From Octopus vulgaris (Eukaryota): 64,000 nucleotides of DNA. The notes beneath the pieces were generated by a model. The model was not told the origin of the DNA, did no database searches, and saw only the letters and a list, made by a program, of their open reading frames with translations. The stretch covers positions 204,166,001 through 204,230,000 of the forward strand of contig OX597814.1 in assembly GCA_951406725.2 (NCBI GenBank), in the 5' to 3' direction. Below are positions 24,676 to 38,575 of the stretch, piece after piece (position 1 is the first letter of the stretch; every line of letters starts with the position of its first letter). A program made the translations under genes and the position numbers.

Positions 24676-24969
24676 GTGTGTGTGTGCGTCCGTGCGTGCT
24701 TGCATGCATGTGTGTGTAAAAACCACTGTTATGTAATTCAAACAATGATAGATGTAAATAATAACATATAGAGAAATAAAATATATGATAAAACAGTATT
24801 ACATAATTAGTACTAATTATATACTGTTTATTTATTATTATGTACTTTATTGTGATCTAGGTAAATGTTTTATCATATATTTTATTTTTTCTATATGTTA
24901 TGATTTACGTCTATCATTGTTTGAATTACATAATTATGGTTTTTCTTTAATTTATATATATATATATAT

Positions 24970-25500
24970 ATCACTTTGATCACTTTGACCGACCAGTCCG
25001 TCAGGCGTCCATTTGACACCGCTGGTCACAGCACGCTGTCCACTCGTCTCTGGATCGCGCCTTTCTCATCCATGTGATCCCAATCGTCCTCTTGAAATCG
25101 TCACTCCACCGTCATGGAGGTCTTCCGGGTGGTCTTTTCCGCTCACGCGGGTACCACTCGACAACTGCGTGCGTCCACCGATTATCGGTGAGTCAGGCGA
25201 TGTGTCCAGCCCATCTATACTTGCTGCGAGTATACTCTGCGATGACATCTCTCACGCCGGACTTCTTTCTGATGATGTTGCTATTTATGTGCTCTCTCAA
25301 CGAGATACCAAGCATTGACCTTTCCATGGCTCTTTGAGCCGTTATCAGTCTTTGCTCTTCTCTCTTTGTGGTAGCCCATGTTTCACTACCATATAACATT
25401 GCAGGCAGAACTGCACTGTTAATGAGGTTGGCGCGGGTGGTCCTGTCCAACCTTCCCTTGAGCACATCACTTATGCCATTTAACGCCTTCCATCCGGCCC
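24970..25500 (-). mobile_element. Young CpG-rich RTE-clade LINE 3' fragment
   Basis: One frame: AGWKALNGISDVLKG...VLPAMLYGSETW...RWAGHIA*LTDNRW...RKRPPGRPP*RWSD...CQMDA*. Tail (TCAAAGTGA)x2; lies within (TA)n. Confidence 0.9.
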
Positions 25501-25571
25501 TTATATATATTGTGAAATTTGATTTAATACCAAATTGAATTTTTCCCTGTAAGTTTTGGAGTTATACTCCC

Positions 25572-25624
<53 letters not shown>

Positions 25625-26047
25625 GTGTGTATGTGTGTAAAGCACCTAAAACACTCTATAAAGTGACTGGCATTAGGAAGGGCATCCAGGTATAGAAACC
25701 ATGCCAAAGTAGACAGTAGAGTTTGGCACACTCTTCTGATTTGCTGGCTTCTGTCAAACCATCCAACTTATGCCAGCAAGGAAAATGGACATTATATGAT
25801 GACAATGATGATGATGTTGTGTGTGCATGTGTGTGTACACACACACACACACACACATGTATGTTACTTTAGTCAGTAATATAACCAGCAACTTCAGATC
25901 TTTATAGCAATGTAAGAAAACAAGTAAACAGGAAGAGAACTACTTTAAAGTAGATTTTTTTTTTCTTTAGTACTTGCTGGAGGCTGAAATTAGATCTATG
26001 CAGGATCTTGGTTTTAGATAACATTAAATCTGTTATTTATTAAATGA

Positions 26048-26340
26048 TTATATCATCGTCATTGTCATCATCATCATCATCATTATTGTCATTGTTTTCA
26101 TCATCCTTAGCATCATCATAATTGTCAACGTCATAGTTGATGTTATCATCATCATCATCATCTTCGATGTTTTCATTATCATTATTTTCTCCATTGTCAT
26201 CGTCATCATTGTTATCATCATCATCATTATCTTCATCACCATCGTCATCGTCATCATTGTTATCATTATCATCATCATCATTATTGCTTTCATTGTCATC
26301 ATCACTCTCAACATTAGCATCAAAATATGCTTCATCAATA
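26048..26340. repeat. Degenerate (TCA)n trinucleotide tract
   Basis: Seen directly. Confidence 0.9.
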
Positions 26341-27066
26341 CTCTTGCTGCCACCACCAGCACCACCATATTCTTAAGACTATTTCCAACAGCAGAAACAT
26401 GATTCCACAGATACATCAATCCACTTCAAGCACCACCAATGCCGCAAGACTGTCAATCCCCTTAACTCACTACTCATACCAATCACTAACAACAGCACCA
26501 GGATGACAACGATGATGATGATGATGATGTATGTGTGTGTGCATGCATGCCTGCTCGTGTGTGTGTGTGTGCACATGCACATCAATGTTAAATTTTACGT
26601 TTTCTGAGCAAAAACGGTGTCATCTGAACTGTACATCTTGCAGCTCTCTGCTACGTCATATGGAATTTAAAATTCTTTGAGTGCACAGTGTTCTTAATGG
26701 TCAATGATGGTCTTCCTGTCACTAGTGGATCATTATCATGTGTATATATATGAAAGTGTGTATTTATACATACATACAGACAGACAGATAGATATTTATA
26801 TATATATATACACACACAACAATAATGATGATGATGACAATGATGATAATAATGACCACATGGTGGTATTAAACTGGATATTTCTGGACCAATTTGTCAT
26901 CAAAACAACCATCCTCAAAACCATTTGTTCTTTGTTTTCTTCAATAAACAGCTGACATTTGTTTACACAGACTACAATCAATAGACAACTGGCCCTTTTG
27001 AACAAAGATGTCAGCCAAACTGCTTGCAAAACATCCTTTCTCAAAACTCAATTATATTTTGTTTAA

Positions 27067-27281
27067 CCCTTTAGCATTCAGATTACTCTGTCAAATGTGA
27101 TGCATATTTATTCACCTTGTTTTGAATTAATCATACATTATCTTGTCACTTTAAAACTTCAATGATGTTATTGTTTATTTTTAGAATTGTTTGGTGGGTG
27201 TGAGAAACTGGATCTGACTGATTTCAATATAAAACAGCTTGAATATTTGGACAAGTTATGGTCAGTTCAAATGCTAAATGG
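27067..27281. mobile_element. piggyBac-like MITE
   Basis: TTAA|CCCTTTAGCATT ... AATGCTAAATGG|TTAA. A lone matching end lies at 34420-34435. Confidence 0.8.
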
Positions 27282-28589
27282 TTAAATATTCTTTGTCCAA
27301 CCCCACAAACGCAAGTAAACAAATTCAGTTAAAATATATGTATCCCTGACATTTATTCACAAACAGCTGACATCTCTCACAAGTATAAGAGAAAGCAGAT
27401 TGCTAGTCAGTACTGATACTGCTTCCAATACTAATAACTAATTTTTACCCTGCCTGCCAAATGTTTGCAACACCAGTGATTGATTTGTCCCTGTTTTCTA
27501 TATCAGTAGAAGTGAAGTTTAGTTAGCATGCAGTGTTAGTGGATACCTGCTTCTGATGCCATGCAAACTTGCAGAAGTCACATGATCAAATAGTTCCACC
27601 ACAGGTGCTGGACATTTTGCATCTGATACTGATACTTACAACATGTGTATATAAGATACTTTCTCAGGACAAATACTACAGTACCTCTATGTTAAGTAGG
27701 ATACACAGATTGCTATTTGGTACCAATATTGCTTCCATCACAGATAACATATATATATATATGCACACACACACACACACAGACACATGCACGCACACAC
27801 ACACAGCAGGCTTCCATACAGTTTTCATTTACAAAATTTGACTCTCAGGTTGTTTTTTAAATTCTTCAACTAGTGTCAGCTTGAAAGCTGCAGTCATACC
27901 AGGGCACCACCATTTCATATATATATTTTTATTATAATTATATATTTACTTTTCGAAGTCAGAGAATATAACAATACCTCAAGCATAGCATATCTTCTTA
28001 GTCATGACTAAAGTATTTTAATCTCATCAGACTAAATTTTTCAACAATGGTGAACTAATTAATCATTGTTCTTTCTTGTTTATCTTTTCTTTTTCCATTT
28101 CAGTTTTTAACTTAGATTTTATATTCAGTTTGTAAAGTAAGGAAAATTGATTATTAAATATATCTCATTTTAGATGATAGATAGTTTTTAGAGATTAGAT
28201 ATGAATGCTTTTTAAAATTTTGTTACACCAAATAGTGAAAAATATGTAAAATGTAAAGTGAGAAGCTATGCACATGTTTTATGAAGTTATTTATTTGTTA
28301 TTAGTGAAGAGTTACACTTGACAAATAAATGAGATTTTAATTTTCTGGACACATGTATCATAAGCACATATCCAAATTAAGAGAATATAGAATAGATGCA
28401 AGTCAAGAGTTTGCTTTGCAACCATACACTATTGGGTTCAATACCACTGCGTGACACCTACACCAAATCTCTGTATGTTTGTGTATGTGTGTGTGTGTGC
28501 ATGCATGGGTATGCATGCATGCACACACATGCAATAGGCCTCTTTCATTTTCTATCTATGAAATTCACTCACAAGGTTCTGTCAAATGT

Positions 28590-29030
28590 AAGCATAACAG
28601 ACTGGATATTGTTGTTTAGGACAATGGGGCGAAGGTATGTACCATCATTGAGGTCATCTGCCCTGCAGATATAAATATCTCAAAGAAAAAGAGGATATCT
28701 ATGGACAACTGCTTTGAAACCTCCAGTTTCTATATCTAGACTATGAATTCATATTCATACCAATAATAATTGGAGCACTAGATTTTGTTAATAAATGCTT
28801 AAAGGAGAATCTGGATAAACTGGGATTTCCAGAAAGAGAAATTGACTGGCTGATTCGTACATTACAAGTTCAATCTGTGAGTGGAACAGTAAAACTATGC
28901 AGGACTTTTCTCAAGTTCCAAAATGAATTTGTCTGTATTAACTACATACCAAAGATGGAGCCTTGTATTTTTGTTGGAAACCAGCTCCCTCCTCAGTGGA
29001 AGATTTATAATAATTAAAAAATAGAAGAGA
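28590..29030 (+). mobile_element. R4/Dong-type RLE retrotransposon 3' fragment
   Basis: CTIIEVICPADINI, YGQLL*NLQFLYLDYEFIFIPIIIGALDFV; ends at (CATA)n. Confidence 0.7.
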
Positions 29031-29067
29031 CATACATACATACATACATACATACATACATACATAC

Positions 29068-29730
29068 ATGATGGCTGCCCCCTCATTGTCGAGTATGGTC
29101 ATTGCACGAGGCTTAACTGTTATTGGTGCTGTGATTGAATGTGAATTTTATTTGCTTTTTAAGGCTACAGCCAGCCATTCAGTTGATACTCACAGTACCG
29201 TCAACAATCATAAACAATGTTGTTATCGTGCAATGCCTGTGCAGGAAGATTTTTTTTAAAGTGAAGAAAGGCTGTGCACTGAGTCAATCCCACTCACTAA
29301 GCAACAGCAGCCGTAATCCGAAAAGAAGAATAAGTCAACATCATCAGTAATCACTGAGCTGCAGGTTTTATGTCGGAGTTATCCTAGTTACCTGAGTTAC
29401 CTTCTCCTAGAAGGATGCCCTAACAAAGGCTAGGAGTCCTTCACTCCCAATGGTTTAACCGCACAATTGGGTATTCAGGCCTCTTATTTCTATGTCCCCA
29501 TGCATGACACAGCCTTAAGCCTTAAGAAAAAAAAAATTACACATTTATTGGATGGCCGTTGACTTCCAAGAGTTCCTCCGCCCTTTGACGGGTTTTGTTT
29601 TTCATCCTGCAGGGTGTCCAATAAACACCCTCCTCACCAAGAAAGCTTGGTGGGGTTGCCGACGGCCCGACCATGCAACAGGTTGTACTGGGTTACATGT
29701 TACCAGTAGCACTCAAAAGTGACCTGACAT
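29068..29730 (-). mobile_element. Non-coding, probably RTE-derived non-autonomous element
   Basis: GC-richer island between two (CATA)n tracts. It carries an RTE-like 3' end (catactcgacaatgagggggcagcc) and a ccttctcctag..gcc..aaggct motif that I recall from RTE 5'UTRs. Confidence 0.45.
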
Positions 29731-32279
29731 AGACATACATACATACATATATATAGTATATAATACATATATAAAAATGAAGATATTGGTATCACATTTA
29801 GTACATGGCAACAAATTTTTCATTAACAGATGAGTTAGATAAATAATTTAACATGTTGGAATCAATATAAAGAACGATACCTAATTTCATGTGGTATTTA
29901 ATGTAACCCAGTTTTTTTCCATTTCGTTATGACCTTGCATAAGATGCAATATGCTTGCATGATCATGAATTCTCTTATAGATACAATAAGTGGATGTGGC
30001 ATAGAGTGTCATAGCAAACAATCATTTTGACATGCCTATAGATAGATACAGAGTTAGCTGATCAAAGGATGGGCAATCTTGTATACCACTAGGTAAATTA
30101 GTTGAGGTGCATAGACAAAAGATATATAATGCAGAAGGCTGTCAGAGCAAAACAGGAGAGCACTTAAATTATGGGTGAAGTAAACACAATGATGTCCACA
30201 AAAAATCATTAGTTAAGTGGAATAGGTATGTCAGAAGTAACATCAGAGAAAGTAAGATGATTAGAAGAAAGTGTAAGAAAATGAGAAGGAGAAAAGGAGA
30301 TAGAGAAAACTCCAAGAAGAGCATCATGAAGGATGGAAAGATAGGAATAGAAATAGAAAGATATAATTAAATATTATTAAAGGAGATGATTAATTTTGTA
30401 TTTAATAAAGTAGAACAGCTAGTCAAATCATAGACAAAATATCATAATACACTAACATAGTATAAAAAATAATAATATTAATGATAAAAAATAACTATTA
30501 TTATATTAAATGGAACTAGTAGATAGTTATATAAGAAAATGAAAAATTGTTGTGGGAACTGATAAGGTAATTAAGAACAAGAAGAATAAATGAATCATGA
30601 TGAACAATTAGAGTTCTAGAGAGTAAGGATAAAATGGTTATGAGAATAAGTATGGAAAGAAATCTAAGAATGATTGCAACAGTGAGAAGTGAAGTGCAAT
30701 GACAAAAAGTGCCTATGTAGTTTTATAATATTATAGAATAAAATATATAAGTTTGGTAAATGGAATCTTCAAAAAACGGTTTTACTAATCTGGTGTGTGT
30801 AATGTATTAACAACTCATTACCTTCATTAATTAATAAAGATTTACATCTTAGACTTTCAAGTGCCTCCATGTAACATAAATTACAATTACCCAGCCTCCT
30901 TTATATGGAGGCAAATCTGACTTGATAGCATATACCATACTTTCACTAACTGTTATAGAAATTTATGTAGACACAAGCAGACATAGACACATAGTCAGCC
31001 CTCCCAGCAGAACATCAATGATGTGACAACTGGAGGGAGAGAGGACTGCACCAGCCTAGTACATATTTTCAATATGAAATGAGATGCCTTGCTCAAGGAC
31101 TCAATGTGCCTGGTTCAGGAATCAAACCCATGGTCTTATGATCCCGAACCAGACACCTTAATCATTAGCTCACAAACCATCCCTAAAAAAACAAACATAA
31201 CTCAGTAATTAACACTTCTTCGTATGCATCTTGATATTTCACCATTACCTGGGCCTTGGGTGCATTTAGTTTTGGGGGTCCAATCTGCTGGTAGCATTTG
31301 GGCAAAGATCTTGGTTTGTACCTATTTAACCTTACCCTCTCCTCCTCCTTCCCCTCTCGGGGAGAGGTGAGGAGGGGGAGGGGAGAAGGGGATGTGGTGG
31401 AGGAGGAGGGGGGAAGGAGAAATAGGAGGAGGAGGGAAAGAGAAGGAGAAATAGGAGAGGGAGGAAGAGGAGGAGGAGGAGGGTGGTGGAGAAGGGGAGG
31501 GGAGATGAAGAAGAAGACGATGATTTTGCCCTTGTTCGTAGCCTAAATATAAAGTACATTTTTTTTCTTTCCTCTCTAGGCAAAAATGCAATAAGTTGCA
31601 GCTGCTGCTCTCTGACTAATGTTTCAAACCCCATTAGGCACCAGAAATGGTTCTTCAAATAGGTTTTGGTAATAAGTGTGTCCGCACTAACAGGACATAA
31701 AAAATGTCAGTCTGGCTTGAACTGTTTCATGGAATATTCTACTACCATTCCAATAAACACTCATACAGACACGCACACAGATATGTGTGCATGCATGCAT
31801 GTGCGTGTGTGTGTGTGTGTGTGTGTGGTTATGCACAGAAGTCAAGACATTCATATACACATAAACCATAGTTAAGACACACAACATGCATAATGATATA
31901 CACATGTTCACACACACACACACTTTCTTACATGTACTGATGTTGTGGTACACATATACACTCACAAAAGCATAGTTAAACACACATAATAAACACATTC
32001 ACATATACATATACTAGAGCACAGAAGCCAAGAGACTTACATACACACACACACATATAAATACATAGCTACACACACTTACAACACACTTAGACATACA
32101 GACATATACAAACATATACGTGCACACTAACATACAAATAAATAAAAAGAAGATGCAAATAAAAATTGAAACAGAACTGATAACATTTGGTTGCAACATT
32201 GAAATTTATGGCTGATCTTACAAGATCAACACAGCACACACACACGCAAACACTTTCTCTCTCACTCCCCCTCTATTTC

Positions 32280-32750
<471 letters not shown>

Positions 32751-33949
32751 CACTCAACATATATCTGCTAAACATATAGGTAATGGTCAATTTATATTTC
32801 ACGTATGACATCTCTTGCATTAAATTTAAGTAAAATATTTTAATAAAAACCAAAGTGACTATATTGTTACAGAAACCATTTTTAATGATAAACTTTTCAC
32901 CTCATGAAGTTTTTAATGCTCTTATGTATTAATGTTAACATGTCTTCTCCATTATCTCTATCTCTGATCATCATACACGAGGAAACTTGCTAGAAATAAC
33001 AACCAAATCTAGCTCAAATCACACTTTACTGTCTAAGATAAGGGAAGAACACACTAGGTAATTTAGTCAGATACTCTTAATATGAAGGGATTGTCAGGAT
33101 TAAATGTCCCTGACCTGAGGTCTGTTTGATGAGACCTGGGACTAAACAGTATGATTAACCACAAATACCTCCACCACCACCATTATAACTTACTCCTGGA
33201 TCCATCACAACTACTGCCATTACCACTGTCACAACTATCACAATCGCAGTTACCATTACCACCACCACCACCACAACAACAACCTATCACTACCACACCA
33301 ACACCATTATCACTACCATAACCACCACATCAACACTACCACAATTACAACCACCACCACCACCACCACAACCACAATCATCATCACTACAGCCACAATG
33401 ACCACCACCACGACAACTACCATAACCACTACACAACCACCACCACCACCACCACAACTCATTAAAACATATTTTATTAATTTATTGATGTTATCTTCCA
33501 TTGTCAAAACAATAGACAAAATATTATTCTCGTTATAAATTCATAAATCTTTTAGAAGAAATGTTTTTATTCTAATCATAAATTATTTTTAAAAATAAAT
33601 GAAATTAGAATTAATTATAATTCATAATTTGAATTTTAAATATTTAAATTGATTTATATTTTGAAACTTGAATTTTTCCTTTCATTTGATGATTTGTTGA
33701 ATTCTTACAATACTATAAAAACATGTTATTGTTAATGTTGTTAATTGGTCAACAAGTTGGTTCTGATCAAGTATGACACTTTATCCATGATCATTCTATC
33801 TTTGTTTTTTTGTGGCTTAGGCTACTATTTTTAGTAAGTTCAGTGACTATGTAGGGGTTCCTTCATTGACTGACATTTTAGAACTACCTATATGCAATCC
33901 CCCCTACCATCTTTCTTATCACTTTACATCACCCAATCATCATAAAGTC

Positions 33950-34283
33950 TCTGCTGGCATTCCATCAGTTATGACAACAAAAGTTCCAGCTGAACTGATC
34001 AACAGAACAGCCTGCTCGTGAAATTGATGTGCTAGTAGCTGAGCACTCCACAGACAAGTATACCCTTAATGTAGATCTCAGTGAGATTCAGCATGACACA
34101 AAATGTGACAAGGTTGACCCTTTGAATTACAGGTACAACTCACTTTTGACAGCTGAGTAGACTGGAGCAATGTGAAATAAAGTGTCTTGCTCAAGAGCAC
34201 AACATGCTGCAAGGAATCAAACTCATGCTGCCAGGAATCAAACTCACCAAATACCCTAACCACTAAACCACGTGTCTTCACAA
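33950..34283 (-). mobile_element. tRNA-derived SINE (family C head, different body)
   Basis: gtggtttagtggttagggt head and cttgagcaagacactttatttcacattgctccagt body. A body fragment recurs at ~56100-56220. Confidence 0.75.
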
Positions 34284-35452
34284 AGTTTACGTATAAGAGA
34301 TTGCATGAGAGCTGCTTATTTGCATACATTCTGCCTTCACTCTGTCTACTCTTTCTATACTGCCAGTCATCACTTCCTCTCCTCCATGTTACTACTTATT
34401 GACAACTACGGCTGGTTTGAATGCTAAAGGGTTAAACATAATATACCGCAACCACACATATAAAATAGCTGTCCTATGCAGTCCTTGCACACTACACATT
34501 CCATAGTACACAATTGACAGTGGTCTAATTGATATCAATCAGAATTCTAAAGGAATTTGATTGATTATAAAGTAAAATGGTTGATTATAAAATTCCCAAC
34601 ACTGATTTCCTTTGTCACCAGAATACAACTACATATTTGACACTGTATGTGTTGTTATAAAAACACTAAGAATCATTCTGTCTCTACAGCCAAGTTGATG
34701 TCAGAAACATAGCTATGCTTTATTCTAGTTCGCATTGGTGAGTCTGAGTAAATTCTTGTGATTTAGTTATCCATCATCTTCACAAAATCTTCTCATACTT
34801 ATGTCTTTCAAGTAGATATCAAGTCTGTTTATTTTTGTTTTTTGTTGGTTTTTTTTTTTGCAAAGATAAAGTAGAAATAAAAAAAAAAGTGATCTGTGAC
34901 ATTAATCAAATCTAATTGACATATCATCATCAACTTCATCACCTTTATTATTGTCATTGCCATCATTGTCATCCACATCACCATCACTATCATCATAAAT
35001 ATCACCACCACTACTACTCAACCACCACCACCTCCATCGCCATCATCACTATCATTTTAATGTCCACTTTTCCATGCTTGAATGGGTCAGGCAGTTTTCT
35101 ATGGCCAGATGTCCTTCCAGTCACCAACTTTAACCTGTCTCCAAGCAATGGTATTTATTTCTCCATGACCAGATATGTTTTCATGAAAACAAACATGATT
35201 CCACTTATATGACAGTGTCACTTGTTTACAACTGTTTTCACAGCTGGATACTCTTCCAGTCACCAACCCATACCTGTTTTCAAGTGAGGTAATATTTCCA
35301 CAGGAGTAGAAATGTTTTCACGGAAGATTGGAAACAAAAGACACCACTTGTATGACAGTGATGCTCATTTACAACTATCATGCAATGTTAAGACAAGGGG
35401 CTATTAATATACATAAATACACATACATACATACATACATAGATACATACAA

Positions 35453-36160
35453 ACTGATGAGACATGATGTTGTAGCTAGAACACTCTATAATGAAATTTG
35501 TCAGAAGGATAACCCCAAGAACAAAGAAATAAGAACCCACAGTATAGTAGAAGCCATAGTCACTCATAATAAAAAGGAATACTGGTAGAATGTAACAGTG
35601 ATGACCTTAATAAAATGTAGACAAAAAAGACCTGATATAATGATTTGGGATGGAGAAGAGAAACTGTGCACAATTGAAGAAATTAGCTGCCCAGCAGATG
35701 TTAACATAAAGCTGAAGTCAGTGGAAAAGAGAACACCTACACTGAACTATTGAGAAATCTGCAGTTACTCTATCCAGATTACAATCTCAGGTTTATAGCT
35801 GTAATTATTGGGGCACTGGAATATGTAACACACTGCCTAAACACCAATCTTGAGAAATCAGTTTCTCAAAACCAGAAATGAGAAAGCTAATTTGAAGACT
35901 ACAGATCCAATCCATCACTGGAACTGTAAAAATCTGTAAAACTTTCCATTTAAATATATATAAGTATGTCTAGATATGTAACTATATGCATGAAAAGACA
36001 TACTTAAAGCAAAACATACAAATCTGCACTTATGCATACATACATACAAAAATACCCTGTTGTTGATGTTGAAATTCCAATGAAGGAGCTTTGTATCTAG
36101 GTTAGAAACCAGCTCTTTCTCTCTATTGGCAAGAAATCTTGAAATAAAACTGAATAATGA
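35453..36160 (+). mobile_element. R4/Dong-type RLE retrotransposon 3' fragment
   Basis: RHDVVARTLY...RPDIMIWD...EISCPADVNIKLK...IIGAL gives the RHD and PD-(D/E)xK restriction-like endonuclease motifs; (CATA)n on both sides. Confidence 0.85.
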
Positions 36161-36585
36161 CATACATACATACATATATATATAATATATTTTGACTGAA
36201 TGCTCAACAAGTGAATACAGGATCTCCTAATGACAATGTAATCTTCATACAATCAAAGTATCCTTGACCTGAAGAGTAGCTTGCAATCTATTTGAATAAT
36301 TTACTACTTTTGAGGTTCTGCTTGCTATGAAGCATATGTAGCTTGGATTTTATCAACGCCATTCCCTAGTTTTCTAATGCTTATTCACATATACAACAAC
36401 CTCTGTTGCTAACTGTGAACTTTTTTCAGCTTATTGTACTTTGATATGGGAAAATTCATAACCCTCTGCACCAATAAACCACTATTATCCCTGAAAGTTG
36501 TTTTTCTATATCTTCTATGGATTGCTTGAAGCTCACTAGCTTCCTACACCTTGATCCTTGGATCTTACCTTCATATATATACAAT

Positions 36586-36884
36586 TAAGAAAATGGAGAG
36601 ATATAATGGATATAAATTAATTCTTAATTAATTAACATTGCCTACAATCATTTCAATTTACGCTCAATACAAATTACAAAATATATATAATAAAATAATT
36701 TTGCAAGATTTTGAGTGAAACATCTTCAGGGTAAAAAGGACATTACGGAATTTACATATGAATCATGTAAATCATTTTATTATATATATTTTGTAATTTG
36801 TATTGAGTGTAAATTGAAACGATTGTAGGCAATGTTAATTAATTAAAAATTAATTTATATTCCTTATATCTCTCCATTTTCTTA
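36586..36884. repeat. AT-rich fold-back, ~110-bp arms
   Basis: taagaaaatggagagatataa...tatataataaaat / attttattatatata...ttatatctctccattttctta. Confidence 0.9.
36638..36734 (-). ncRNA. Hammerhead-ribozyme-like motif with long stem II
   Basis: Minus strand: ttacc-CTGAAGA-tgtttCACTCAA..TTGCAAAAT..ATTTTGTAA..TTGAGCG..-GAAA-TGATTGTA-ggcaa. The mirror arm reads GAAACGATTGTA. Confidence 0.5.
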
Positions 36885-36998
36885 CTTAATAATATTTTAT
36901 ATTTGTATAGTATATTTATTGAAGAAGTATATCTTCAAAATATAAAATATCTTGGATAAAACTATCCCTGTGAGAGGTTTATATATCCTCATAATGAC

Positions 36999-37045
<47 letters not shown>

Positions 37046-37865
37046 AAACTTTATATATAAAGAACGTGAAATACATGAATTGACAAACACGGAAAACAGA
37101 CAGTCATTCAGAGCCTTCATTCTTCAGTCAGAAACCGATTCATCATGGCAAATTTTGGCTGTTTAATTCTATACACACACACACACACGCAAATATTAAA
37201 AATGATACATTCAAGAGATACCCAAGAATTCATTAATAAACTGTCCCAATCACTGCTATAATCCATAACAAATCACTTTTAGGTAACTTGACCATTTAAC
37301 ATCCTACTACTATTAAACCACCTGCATTCCCTTATTATTCTCTCTTCTCTTTTTTCTTCTTCATTTTCTTCCTATCCACCACCTCTTTCCTTACTTTACT
37401 ACTATTGCTGTTTAGAATAACACCTACGCAAATATTATAAACAATACATTAAAAAGAGATGTCTCCAGGATTCAATCACTACTACCATCCACAACAAGTC
37501 ACTTTCAGGGCACTTGACCATTTAACATCCTACTATGATCGTGGCACATTCTTCTTCTTCTCTCTCTCCTCCTCCTTCTTCTTCTTCTTCTTCTTCTTCT
37601 TCTTCTCTGCCAAGAATTCACAACAACCTTGAACCCACAAGAGCAAACAAGAGAGACAGAGACAGGCAGAAACAAGGAAAACACCCCTTGTATTTGAATA
37701 CTATGCAAATATTCTTTTAAAAAAGTTTTCTTTTAATTTTTCCAAAATTTAATTATTTTCCATACTTACAGGTGAAAAAGTCTCAATGACTGAAACCGGT
37801 ACGGAAATGTTTTTTATAAAATTATTTTAGCATTTTCTACCTTGGCTTTTTCCATATATATATAT

Positions 37866-38068
37866 TTAAAATTATAATTTAGGGTATCTAAGAGATACCA
37901 CCATACTGGAAATAGCAGCCAAAACTTGACTCTAAAACCACATTAAATGTTCATACTGCACCAGTAGAGGTGGTGCTGTATGAACATTTAATGTGGTTTT
38001 AGAGTCAAGTTTTGGGTGCTATTTCCAGCGTGGTGGGGTCTTTTAGATACCCTAAATTATAATTTTAA
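37866..38068. repeat. ~200-bp near-perfect palindrome
   Basis: ~97-bp arms around a ~6-nt loop at ~37965. Confidence 0.92.
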
Positions 38069-38158
38069 TAATAATTATTACCTTTGAAGGTTTTTATTCC
38101 CATGCTGGCCACTTGATAAGATCGATATTTAAATTAACAATTTTATCCTTATTTATAT

Positions 38159-38243
<85 letters not shown>

Positions 38244-38575
38244 ATACATATATATATATATATATACATCATCGTCGTCGTCGTTTAACGTCCGTTCTCC
38301 ATGCTAGCATGGATACACATATATATATATATATATATTCTTTTATTCTTTGGCAGGGGAACAAACACAGACACACACACACACACACACATAAATACAT
38401 ATAAACAATGGGCTTCTTTCAGTTTCTATCTACCAAATCCACTCACAAGCCTGAGGCTGTAGTAGAAGACACTTGTCTAAGGTGCCACACAGTGGGACTG
38501 AACCCAGAACCATGTGGTTGGGAAGCAAGCTTCTTACCACACAGCCATGCCTGTATTATATATTTAATGTAGTCA

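Noticed and set aside
31250-31322. Minus-strand exon candidate ending CAG|gtaatg
   Set aside because: The acceptor lacks a pyrimidine tract and the peptide is unrecognisable.
35454-35460. CTGATGA core motif
   Set aside because: Part of the L-M-R-H-D coding frame of the RLE element; no partner GAAA or stem.
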